Assembly: GCA_016748015.1 (NCBI GenBank) | Contig: JAAOMT010000672.1 | Coordinates: 549,816-578,537, forward strand | Origin: Geosiphon pyriformis uo1 | Lineage: Eukaryota > Fungi > Glomeromycota | Length of the DNA: 28,722 nucleotides | Reading direction: 5' to 3' | Part shown: positions 10,180 to 21,122 of the stretch, piece by piece | How the letters are laid out: each line of letters opens with the position of its first letter | Numbering within the stretch: the first letter of the stretch is position 1 | Notes under the pieces: generated by a model | The model's input: only the letters and a program-made list of their open reading frames with translations | Told to the model about the DNA's origin: nothing | Database searches by the model: none | Made by a program: the position numbers and the translations under genes

Positions 10180-13100
10180 GTGGTGACAAAAACCCCTAAT
10201 CTTACTGTTCTTGAATTCTGCCGTGCTATTTACACACAAAATCAAAGTGATCTTGGATTACCAGAAAGGTGTTGTCCAGCAGAATCTGCCCTCACTTATT
10301 ATATTAACGCCAGAATAAATTATCATATAGGAAAGGAAGAAGAACCACACGACGCAAAACTTGGATTGTATAGAGAATTATCACAATACACTACAAAAGA
10401 AGTAGCAGTAATAGCCGCAACTATTGTCAAAATCCATTGAGAAATTGAGCAATATGCCAACGAAAATTTTCCAATATCCACAGGAAACACTAGGGAACAC
10501 GCCAACAAAACCAAAGAAAATTTAGAAACTAATCAGAAAAGTAACCAGCAAAAACTAGGAACACCAGCTCAAATGCCAAAGAAAACTGTCACTCAATCAA
10601 TAAAGAAACAACGTATTTATTCACCAGAAGATAAATCATACCATTTTTCACCAGAAAATAAGATACAAATTCCATTAGGAGCTGCATTATCATCAACATC
10701 AACTCCACAAACGCCAAGAACTCCTAGTTATATTGATAAAATTAAACAACGTAACTGGGGAGACATACCAATTACAGGAGGATATTCATCACTATTCCAA
10801 AACCCTCTTTTTCAGCCAAAATTTAGAACGGGGTTTGAAAACCGTGAAGAGGAGTCTGAATCAGAATCCGAAAAAGAGACCAGCGAAAAAACAATTACAA
10901 GACCAGTCACTGGAACAAGCAGCCAGTCCAGAAACCAAGAAACTCGTGATCAAGAGGAAGAACCAGATATAAGGGAAGCCACCTTTAGGAACACTCAAGG
11001 AAATATCATCCCACCTCCTCTTAGACCAATAAACCCACCAGCAGAAAACGGCAATGAAATGACCACACCATACATTGCAAGACTAACAGATTTCTCAGGA
11101 GAGGAAGAAGAAACGGACGTGCACACATGGCTCAGAGAAACACAAAAAGCCATCCAGGTAAATAACTGGAATGACCAAAGAGCAATTCAAACATTACCTT
11201 TCTTCCTGAAAGGCACAGCCGACTCGTGGTATCAAAGCCTGGAAACAAAACCCACGAGCTTCGCCGAATTTAAAAATGCACTCCTACAGTATTTTAGTGA
11301 CCCAAACGCCGTAATCCAACTACAGAACGAATTCAATACTATCAAGCAAAATACCAGTGAAACTGTTACCCAATACCTTGCTCGATTCAATCGAATTCGC
11401 CATCAGATTGAAGTGATTGAACAAGGATACTACACTGATCCTCAGGTTTTAAATCAGTTTATTAGAGGATTAAAAAGCAGCATTTTAGGAAGAGTACGCC
11501 CTGCCCACCCTAATTCCTTACCAGAAGCCGTTACACTCGCCAGAGCCCTTGAATTGGCCGAGAAAGAAGCTAACTATAGTCAAATGGTTAACATGGTAAT
11601 GGAGGAAAATAAGATAGAAACATTAGAGAAAAGAGTAACGCAATTAGGGGAGGAACTCTCTAAGAAAATAGAAAGTTACCTCATCCCGAATCTGAGAAAA
11701 AATACATACCAATCACCCCAAAGACACAGCCAGGAAGTCAGTAACAGTTGAAATAATTGCTTGTCGCGCCAGGAATTCAGAACAGAAACACGCGCCTGCC
11801 ATTTTTGCAAACGCGTAGGACATTTGATTAGTCAATGTCGAACGCGAATGATGCAGGAAGCACGTGAAAATAATTACTACGCGCCACCCCAAATGCCCAG
11901 AAACCAGTACATGCCAATACCACGCCAATATTCCACCATGTATCAAAATCAAGGAGCTTACCAGCAACAGCCCATGATAGCCAACCCGAATTGGCGTCCC
12001 GAGACCCGAAATCAGCCCATCTAGAACCAGAACACGTTGGTCCAGAGGAATCCAAACCGCGCCAGAACCAATCAGCAAACTAATCCAAACTACCAAAATT
12101 ATCAACAAACTTACCTTAATATACCGGAAAACCTAATCATCGGAAACAATAATGGTAGAAACATAAACAGAACCAAGAATTCCTCCAAATTGAGCCAGAC
12201 AATACCACCAGCAGTTGCCACCAAAGATAGCAGCCTCGCAGCTATTTTTCCTTTTGAATTAGAGAAAAACGAGGCTATGTTCAGTGGAGCAGCATTGGAC
12301 AAAAAATGCCCAATCACTGCTATGTATATAGAAGCCACTGTAAACAATACCCCAATCAAACTTATCTTAGACAGTGGATCTGCTAGAAGCATCGTAATGC
12401 TTCAACTAGTAAACCAACTGGGTTTCAAAGTTGATCGTGCTGTGACGTCCCAAATCATAACAGCCAATGGAAGTACAAAGCTGCCTCATGGCAAAATCGA
12501 CTCATTCCCTTTCGAAATTAACGGCATAGTAATACCTACAAAAGTATTAGTAATGGACACTACACAATATCAAGTGTTAGTAGGGAATGACTGGTTAACA
12601 AAAGCCAACGCCACCCTAAACTGAACCACCCAAGAGCTTCTGATCAATTATAATGGCCACCAGGCCAAAATTCCAGCCACTTGTGGCCACTTCCAAAAAC
12701 CCAGCGCCAACCAAAGACCTACCTTTGAATTTGAGGAAAATCTAGCACTACCAGCCATTGAAACCTATCAGCTCTCTTGGGTTGATGACCAAAGAACAGG
12801 ACTACCAGCCATACCAACGTGGACCAGCGAAGAAAGATCCGAATGGAACCAGGTAAGTTCACAAAGAAACCACCAGTGACACAGATCAAAGCTAGAATGC
12901 TCGGTTTGCAAGAAAAAACTCTCGTCTATGACTGCGTGCAGCACACCGGACGAAGACCCAAGAAATCCCACCCACTACTATTGTAACCGTTGTAACAAAG
13001 AAAAATACGGTTACCCAGAAAGACACGGAAAATAGAATGAGGAACCGTGCCTCGCTTGTGGAGAACTGTTACCAAGAGGGTGCGACTGGAACGACTTACC

Positions 13101-15888
13101 AGGCAGAGGAGGAACGTGTAACGCAACTTGCCAATACATGATCCTTATCTGTGACTGGGTAAGAGGAGGAACGCCGTTTGAAGCAGCATTCAACAGAGCA
13201 TTAAAAAGACTACAGCACTACTCACACGACAAGAACGAGTTGTACAACATCACACAAGCCAAAGTAAGAGGAGGAACCGCTGAAAAAATACAACGTTGGA
13301 AAGAGTCAGCCGAAATAGCCGACGAAGTTGCCAGCTACAACATGTTTGACCCAGTGGACGAATTCCAGGACTACTACCAACAACTATGCCCCACTCGACA
13401 AGAGCAAGAACAATACCTCGCCCAAATCAACACTTACTTCTGCAAAAACTGTCTCATCCCGTGCCAAAATCAGTGCTGTGAAGAGTGTCAAGATGAAAGG
13501 GACTTAGAAAGAAAAATGGAAATTAAGAATCAGCAGTCTTAAAATCAATCAATAAATTAACAAGATTCACTTGACGGTCCCAAGTCAGAAAAATTTGTAG
13601 CCTATACTGACCTAGAACAGGTGACCGATATCCGATACTTCGACAACGGGCACTTAGGAATAATACCTGAAAGAGCCCATCCAACCGACACCGGATTTGA
13701 TCTACGTTATCCGGAAGACCAATCCACAATGTTACCACCCAGGAGCATCACCAAAATCGACCTAAAAATAGTGGTTGAAATTCCGCCAGAAATAATGGTT
13801 CAAATAGCGTCGCGATCAAGCCTTGCGAAAAAAGGAATAAGCGTTCAAGGAGGAGTAATTGACTCTGGATACACTAGAAATTTGATGGTCTTGCTACAGA
13901 ACAATTCAGAAAAGCCTTATACCATTGAATCTAAGAAAAAGATTGCACAAGCAATTTTCCTACCATTGGTAAAAATTGGGAAATTTGTGCCAATAGAAAA
14001 TCGTGAGGAATTGTCACAAACAATGAGAGGAACTTTTGGTTTCGGATCGACAGGAAAAGGAATTGAAGCGAATTTCGCTGAAACAATAGAGGAAAAAGGC
14101 GAAGTAATTAAAAATGAGCGGTCCATCACACTCCTACCATATGAAAAATCAGAAATAAGAATAAAAAGGACAATTAAAGAAAAAGACCTAATATTTGAGC
14201 CCTACCCAGAAACTTGCCAACAGTTTCTCATAGGACTTACTAATCTTTTTATTTCAGCTGATAAAGCTCAATGGATAAAAATTCCTATCGCAAACACCAC
14301 AGAAGAACCCGTCTACATTCCGGAAGATATCATCATTGGATACCTCGGAACGGAGCTAGAAAACGCGTCAACACCACAAGAAATTTTAAATTTCCCAGAA
14401 ATCGCCCTCTACTGTGAACTCACTTCAATAAATTGGCAACAACCAGTAGAATACTATCAATTTACGCCAGAAGAATTGGCCAAATTAAACATTGGAACAA
14501 TGGATCCTGACCAACAGCGACAATTAAAAGCATTAATTTTAAAATACTCTGATATATTTTCAAGAAATGGTGAATTTGGAAAAACCAACTTGGTTCAACA
14601 CCAAATCCTCACTGGAGACGCCAGATCTGAAAAACAACGCACTTACCGTGTCCCACCAATAGAGCATAATTTTATCAGAGAAGAAGTCCAAAGCATGTTG
14701 GAAAAAGGAATAATACAACCATTAATAAGCCCATGGTCCTTACCAGTTGTTTTAGTAAGGAAAAAGAATGGAAAAATTAGATTTTGCGTCAACTATTGCA
14801 AACTAAACAGCAAAACAACCAAAGACTCATACCCAATACCATTAATTGACGAAATCTTCAACGTTTTTGGAGGAGCAAAATGGTTTTCTACACTGGACTT
14901 GACCAGTGGATACTGGCAAGTGGAAATAGACCCAAAGAACAGGCATAAAACAGCATTCACAATACAAAATGGCAATTATGAGTTCAATATAATGCCATTT
15001 GGATTAACAAATGCTCCCGCGACATTCCAAAGACTAATGGATGTAATTTACTCCAGAATCCTGTGGCAATCTGTTGTTGTCTACTTGGATGATACAAATG
15101 TTTTCTCGTTAAAATTCACAGATCATCTCCAACATTTACAACAAGTTTTTAAGAGATTGAAACATGCTGGACTTAAACTAAATCTAGAAAAATGTTTCTT
15201 TGGGAAAAATGAGCTAGCATTTTTAGGACATGTAGTTGGAAAAGATGGAATAAAACCAGATCCATCAAAAATAGACAAAGTGGAAAATTTTCCAGTACCT
15301 CGAAACATTTCAGAAGTTAGAAGCTTTTTAGGACTCGCATCTTACTACCGCCACTTTGTAGAAAACTTTTCAAACATCGCCAAACCCCTTAATTGCCTAC
15401 TATCTAAAAATGTGAAGTTTGAATGGACTGAAGCACAACAAAAAGCTTTTGAGTACCTTAGACAAAAGCTCATTGAATCACCAATAATAATCTATCCAAA
15501 TTTCAACAAGAAATTCATTTTGACCACAGATGCCTCTAGAACTGGACTTGGAGCCATTCTGTCACAAAAAGATGATAATGGAAGAGAACGTGTAATTGCT
15601 TATGCCAGCAGAAGTCTCAGTACGGCAGAACAAAACTATGCAGCACATGAACTTGAATGCTTAGCAGTAGTCTGGAGTTGTATTCACTTTGACACATATT
15701 TATAGTACCAACCCTTTGAGATTACAACAGATCATAGAGGTCTGGTCTGGTTAAATAACAAGAAAATGCTAAAAGAAAAATACACCAGATGGTCACAAAT
15801 GTTAGCACTATACGATTATATTATCAAATACAAAGAAGGTACCAAAAATGCTAATGCCAACTGTTTGTCAAGAATAAGACACACATAA
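10180..15888 (+). pseudogene. Single-frame Gag-PR-CysRich-dUTPase-RT-RNaseH polyprotein (about 1900 codons, 9 internal stops, no frameshift)
   Basis: ORFs at 10180, 10573, 11761, 12037, 13138 and 13621 are all in one frame. Gag reads FSGEE..VHTWL..W.D.RAI..LPFFLKGTADSWY, with knuckle CHFCKRVGHLISQC (11797-11838). Protease reads ILDSGS (D at 12370). RT reads LDLTSGYWQV, MPFGLTNAPATFQ and YLDD. RNase H reads TDASRTGLGAILSQ, YASR, ELECLAVVW and TDH. The true start codon is uncertain. Confidence 0.93.
13630..14055 (+). CDS. dut: Trimeric-type dUTPase domain within pol, between protease and RT
   Basis: All five motifs appear in order: TGFDL, RSSLA, GVIDSGYT, KIAQ, RGTFGFGSTG. Confidence 0.95.
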
Positions 15889-15919
15889 AAAAATCACCAA
15901 CCCACCCGCCACAACAACA

Positions 15920-17298
15920 ATGAACAACCACCTTTACAAAAACCTCAGCCAATACTTGGAAACACTACAAATAGACAAAAAAATGCCAGTAAAAGAGCTA
16001 ATTAAGCTCCAAAAATTAGCAAAACACTATTTCATTCAAAATCACATACTTTATTACTGGAATCAACAAAATCCAGATAATCCATTAAGAGTTATAACCA
16101 CAGATGAAAAAGAAACTATTTTATTTAACATGCACTCAGATATTCATTCAGGCCACTTTGGAAAAACAGCAACCATCCAACGTGCAACTAGCCATTACTA
16201 TTGGCCAAAAATAAGTTCAGACATAATCCAATACATAAGAAATTGTGACCCATGTCAACGAAAAGGAGGAGCAAAAACAACGGAATTATTAAGACCAATA
16301 AAAGTTGGACAGCCATTGGACAGAATCAGAATTGATTTAGTTGGACCCTTACCAATAACAACAAGAAACAACCGTTATATTGCAGTAGCCATGGACTATC
16401 TCACCAAATGGCCAGAAGCTAGAGCTATTAAAACAGCTAATGCTATTTCCATAGCTTAATTCATACATGAAGACTTAATTTGCCGACATGGATGTCCACA
16501 AAAATTGCTATCAGATCAAAGCACACACTTCATAAACAGCACCTTAAAAAAACTTAGCCAAAAATTTGGAATCAAGCGACCACTGTCATCACCATACCAC
16601 CCTCAAACAAATAGATTAGTTGAAAGATTTAATCGCACATTATGCAAATCACTGGCAAAAATTAGTAACGAACATGAAAAAGAATGGGATTTGTTCATAC
16701 CAGCAGTACTACTAGCATATAGAACAGTAAAACAAGATACTACACAATTCACACCATTTGAACTAGTTTATGGAAGAAAAGCCACATTACCTGTTGAACT
16801 TACTATCCCAACTTATCCAAGTGACACTATCACGGAAGCAACATTCCAGGAAACACTACTTAGAAAAACATACAAATTAATGGGAACTTTAGAAAACAAA
16901 AGAAGAAAAGCAGCACAAAATATTGAACAATCACAAGAACAACAAAAAGTGAGACATGATAACCAGTTACCAGATAATATAATTAGCTACAAATTGGAGA
17001 TAAAGTATTGTTGTATTATACAAAAATGGAAAAACAGTGGAGTGGAAAATTTGATCACAAGTGGGATGGACCATTTTATATTCACAAAATACTTGGAAAT
17101 AGAGCATACAAGCTAAGATTAGATGATAAAATATTAAGAAAAGCAGCACATAGTAACCAGCTGAAATTCTATTACAGTAAACCAGTAATAACAACAAAAA
17201 CACCCAGAATTAGAACACAATTACTTTTAATTCTACCAGAACAAATTCCACGAGATTTAGAACCATTAGTTTTAATTGAACATTATTCGAAAAGATAA
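15920..17298 (+). pseudogene. Integrase (HHCC - DDE - GPY/F), in a different frame from RT/RH, with one stop (16457) and one frameshift (about 16993)
   Basis: Motifs: H..IHSGHFG...YYWP...CDPC, IDLVGPLP, DYLTKWPEA, SDQ.THF, YHPQTN.LVERFNRTL, TPFELVYGR. The C-terminus YK(I)GDKVLL..KWDGPFYI is restored by adding one A. Confidence 0.93.
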
Positions 17299-17340
17299 TT
17301 AATCTTAGATCACAGCAAAAATGATTTAACAATCATAAAA

Positions 17341-18045
17341 ATGCATGCAAAAGATTCCAAAATAACAGTCAAAATTAAAACAATGATATTTATTCCAGAA
17401 AACATCAACAATATAACTCAACAATTAGTTGAAAGCTTACAACAATTAAAATCCGATCTAGAAATCACAGTTAATAGCTCCAAAATAACATACATAAAAA
17501 GAACAATAGAAAATCCAAAAAAAGAACATAATTTCGAACCATATAATATTGTCAAATATAACAACAAATTTATTAGCAAGGTTATTGAAAAATTAGAGAT
17601 AGCATTGGGCAATACATTAATAATGGAAGAAATAAAAATAAGTGAATTAACACCAGACACATTTAGCAACTTGAAAACAAAATTTCCAATTAATTACTGT
17701 TATTATCAACTAGGAAAGCACTTGAACATACAAACATTATACTCAAAAGACTCAACTAGAGTGTTTGACAAAACAACTATCCAACTATTAGAACCTTTTA
17801 TTCGAAAAACCAACACTACATTCCATTCAAAAACAGTTTAGAGAATTTTCAAAGCATTTGAAAACTGTCACAAATTATTGTTGGACCCAACCATGAACAT
17901 AATAACAACCAACAGTATTGGACGACTTACCAACTCGCAATTTCAAGAATTACAACAACAAATTAATAACACAGTATTGAACCACTATAGTAACTTAAAA
18001 TTTAATGAAGAAATTAACTTCAATTTTGATGGAGCTCAATCTTGA
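17341..18045 (+). pseudogene. ORF3 of unknown function (about 234 codons, one internal TAG) between integrase and PPT
   Basis: The ATG at 17341 reads to TAG 17839 and continues in frame RIFKAFENCHKLLLDPTMNIITTNSIGRLTNSQFQEL...NFDGAQS* to TGA 18043-18045. A homologous C-terminus lies at 21123-21345 (-). Confidence 0.8.
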
Positions 18046-18055
18046 AAGGAGGGGA
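18044..18055 (+). promoter_or_regulatory. Polypurine tract GAAAGGAGGGGA
   Basis: A purine run ends 3 nt before the 3' LTR TGTTAC at 18059. Confidence 0.92.
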
Positions 18056-18058
18056 TAA

Positions 18059-19519
18059 TGTTACGGTTTAAGAATTTAGCAAAAAGAATCATAAAAATAA
18101 TACAAACTATTCAATCATAATATAGCACAGTAATAATCTTAGAAAGGTAATGATTAACATAGTAGCAAACACCATCTCGCAATAGTGGCAAGCACCAGTT
18201 CACAATAGCAGCCAACACCAACTGGTGATAGCAGCAAACACCAGGTTGAAATATTAAAAAGAAAGTATTTTCTCATAGAACTACAAACATGTATATATAC
18301 AGTAGTTTTAATATTGGGAAATAATCAATCAAGTAATAAAAATCATAACTTATCAAGCAATAGATCCAATTTTATCCAACAAACTCCACTTTAAATCATA
18401 CTTTCAAATTAAATATCCCAAGAAACCTTTAAAATCAAAAAGAAATGAAAAAAAATATTTAAAACTGAACTATCACAACCCAAAGTATTAAGAAACTTAC
18501 TTGTATTATTTATTGAATAAAACTATCATTCATCAACTGAATCCCTTGGAAGAATAATCCTTGATCAAGATTATTCACGTTGTTACTAATTGATAAAAGC
18601 TTTATTGTGAGAATTAGAAAAGTGCTAAAGACCATTAACATTCTGTGTTTCTAGATTAGAGAAACACATCAGGCAATTGCAAGGATANNNNNNNNNNNNN
18701 NNNNNNNCCAAAATAACAGTCAAAATTAAAACAATGATACTTATTCCAGAAAACATCAACAATATAACTCAACAATTAGTTGAAAGCTTACAACAATTAA
18801 AATCCGATCTAGAAATCACAGTTAATAGCTCCAAAATAACATACATAAAAAGAACAATAGAAAATCCAAAAAAAGAACATAATTTTGAACCATATAATAT
18901 TGTCAAATATAACAACAAATTTATTAGCAAGGTTATTGAAAAATTAGAGATAGCATTGGGCAATACATTAATAATGGAAGAAATAAAAATAAGTGAATTA
19001 ACACCAGACNNNNNNNNNNNNNNNNNNNNTCAAAAAGAAATGAAAAAAAATATTTAAAACTGAACTATCACAACCCAAAGTATTAAGAAACTTACTTGTA
19101 TTATTTATTGAGTAAAACTATCATTCATCAACTGAATCCCTTGGAAGAATAATCCTTGATCAAGATTATTCACGTTGTTACTAATTGATAAAAGCTTTAT
19201 TGTGAGAATTAGAAAAGTGCTAAAGACCATTAACATTCTGTGTTTCTAGATTAGAGAAACACATCAGGCAATTGCAAGGATAGTCTCAGAGAAGACCCCA
19301 GACAGTAGGTAGATTTCAGTTCAGCCTCTGAGAAGGAGTACATAAACACACACAACAATCAAGAATTAAAGAATAACTTACATCGCGACAGTAAAAAAAA
19401 AGCCTTCAGTGTAACAGTGACATTATTACACAAATAGAATTGAGGAACTCACGAAAGACTGATTGCAATTAAAGCAGGATATCAGCAATTAAATATAACA
19501 AGAAAACCATTCCGTAACA
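18059..19519 (+). repeat. 3' LTR of family A, assembled in two overlapping pieces around N gaps
   Basis: 18059-18687 matches LTR nt 1 to about 629. 19030-19519 matches the LTR 3' part and ends CCGTAACA followed by the TSD. Confidence 0.9.
18688..19029. other. Two 20-N scaffold gaps enclosing a 302-bp duplicate of ORF3 (17357-17658)
   Basis: N runs lie at 18688-18707 and 19010-19029. 18708-19009 matches 17357-17658 with 2 visible transitions. Confidence 0.92.
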
Positions 19520-19523
19520 ACAA

Positions 19524-20172
19524 TCAGAAATTTTTTATCAGATATAATACTTCTTTAGTATATTAGTTTTGATTACTATAACATTTAAATTAGTTTAAAA
19601 TCTAAATATAATCAAAACAAACTAAGAACAACAACCAGATTTAGGAAAGTAAGAAATAAAACACATTTAACCATCAATTTAAAAAATTATATTACTAATC
19701 TTAAAGACAGTACAGCCAGAAAAAAAATTGATTAACTTGGTCTTAAACCTATTATAAAACAAAATAATCTTATTTTAATTTACCAAAAAAAAAATTCTAA
19801 TACTATTCTTATTTACAAATACTAATTAATAATTTAAAGCAGACAGAGTAACATTCAGTTTTTTAAAATAAACAATAACATATTGTCAAATACCAGCAAG
19901 CTTTAGTATAATATAGATAATCTTATTAAACTTACTAAGTACTGTCTTAATATTAGCAGTAAACATATCTAAAAATATATTATATAGTATAACAACAATA
20001 AAAAAAGAACCAGTTTTAAAAATCACTAAAAACTTGGCAATTTTAAGAATTAAATAAACAGAGCTTATAAGCTTAACCAAAAAAACAGCTTCTAAAGATT
20101 TTTAAGAAGTAAACTTTATATAAAAAAGCTTTATATTGTCTTTTAATATTGGCTTTTTATTCAAAAAACCAT
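19524..20172 (-). mobile_element. Relic of the older LINE, ORF1 RRM-like region (continuation of 7975-9226)
   Basis: VVILYNIFLDMFTANIKTVLSKFNKIIYIILKLAGI*QYVIVYFKK aligns with AVVLKKILVRTSAEAVHIALSEFGIIKLIKMQLVGLWQKVVVEFEQ of the intact LINE ORF1. The frame is continuous across the ACAA TSD. Confidence 0.72.
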
Positions 20173-21122
20173 TGTTATAAGTAATTATTTGGGATGTTAA
20201 AATAAATAACAAACTCATAACTTGGTGCTTAATAGCTAATAATACTGTTGATAGTTTCTGAAAATTTTTTGGATTTAAAAGTTTTGGTTAAGTTTTTTGT
20301 ATAATAAACAGATATTTACTTAATAATAGTTTTTTTAAATTTTTTTTTTAGTGTAAAGACTAGTTTAATTTTGTAATTATGTCTTTTTAATAAGCTATCT
20401 TTAAATTTTTACTCTTGTTTTATAAGTTTTTTACAGACTATTTTTGATATTAATATTTTAGTACTTAATTTTTTAATCAATTAATACACAATATAAAACA
20501 AAAAATAAACAAAAAATAAACAAAAAAAAACAAAAAAAAAACAAAAAAAAACATAAAAAATTAGTATTTTATCAATAGTTATAATCAAAAACCATTAGTT
20601 TAGCATAGTTAAGTTGCTAATAAAATTGAGAAATAATAATGTTGATCTAATAATAAAATGACATAAATTAGATGATAAAACAATAATTTTATTTAATATT
20701 TAAATAATTTTACTTTAAGATATAACAAACTATCTTTTAAAAGAAAAAATATGTTATAAATATTTATTGTTAATTAACTAAAAACTTATCAAAATGTGAA
20801 TTAAGTAAATTGAATATTTTGAATATTTTTTAAATATTTTTTTTTACTTTTAATACTATTGTTATATATACATAATTTCTATTATACAAGATTTTACACA
20901 TTCCTATTTTTTTCTATGTTATTTTCTAAAACTGTGCTTATTTCTAAACAATATGTTATAATTTCTTAAAAATGTATTGTAATTTCTGAAAATGTGCTCA
21001 TTTTTTGTAAATATACATATTCTTAAAAATATGTTTATATATTGAGTACTATTTTTTTATTGGCCTATTTTTCTGATTTGTTTTTTTTATTTTTTTCTTG
21101 TACTTTTTTTCTATAAGTAACA
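20173..21122 (-). repeat. Family B 3' LTR (about 950 bp), minus strand
   Basis: The minus strand reads TGTTACTTATAG...ACTTATAACA and is homologous to 21474-22396 and 23861-24780. It is preceded by an eroded PPT. Confidence 0.85.

Larger units (their letters stand above)
9231..19519 (+). mobile_element. Full-length Ty3/Gypsy-type LTR retrotransposon (family A) carrying dUTPase and extra domains/ORF
   Basis: Termini are TGTTACGG...CCGTAACA, with a 4-bp TSD ACAA (9227-9230 / 19520-19523), a PBS and a PPT. The domain order is Gag-PR-(dUT)-RT-RH-IN. Confidence 0.96.

Noticed and set aside
11749-12024. Programmed read-through stop between gag and pol
   Set aside because: These stops look the same as the other CGA/TGG-derived nonsense mutations, so recoding cannot be supported from one copy.
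17160-17298. Chromodomain at the integrase C-terminus
   Set aside because: No YLVKW.G/TWEP-type motif follows the GPF module.
10060-17669. Minus-strand ORFs over the Gypsy internal region
   Set aside because: They are antisense shadows of the A-rich gag-pol/IN/ORF3 strand, with no recognisable domains.
17341-18045. env gene / endogenous retrovirus call
   Set aside because: There is no signal peptide, furin site, fusion peptide or transmembrane anchor, and the ORF is too short.
18677-19057. 126-aa ORF in the track
   Set aside because: It is a chimera spanning two N gaps and a duplicated ORF3 fragment.
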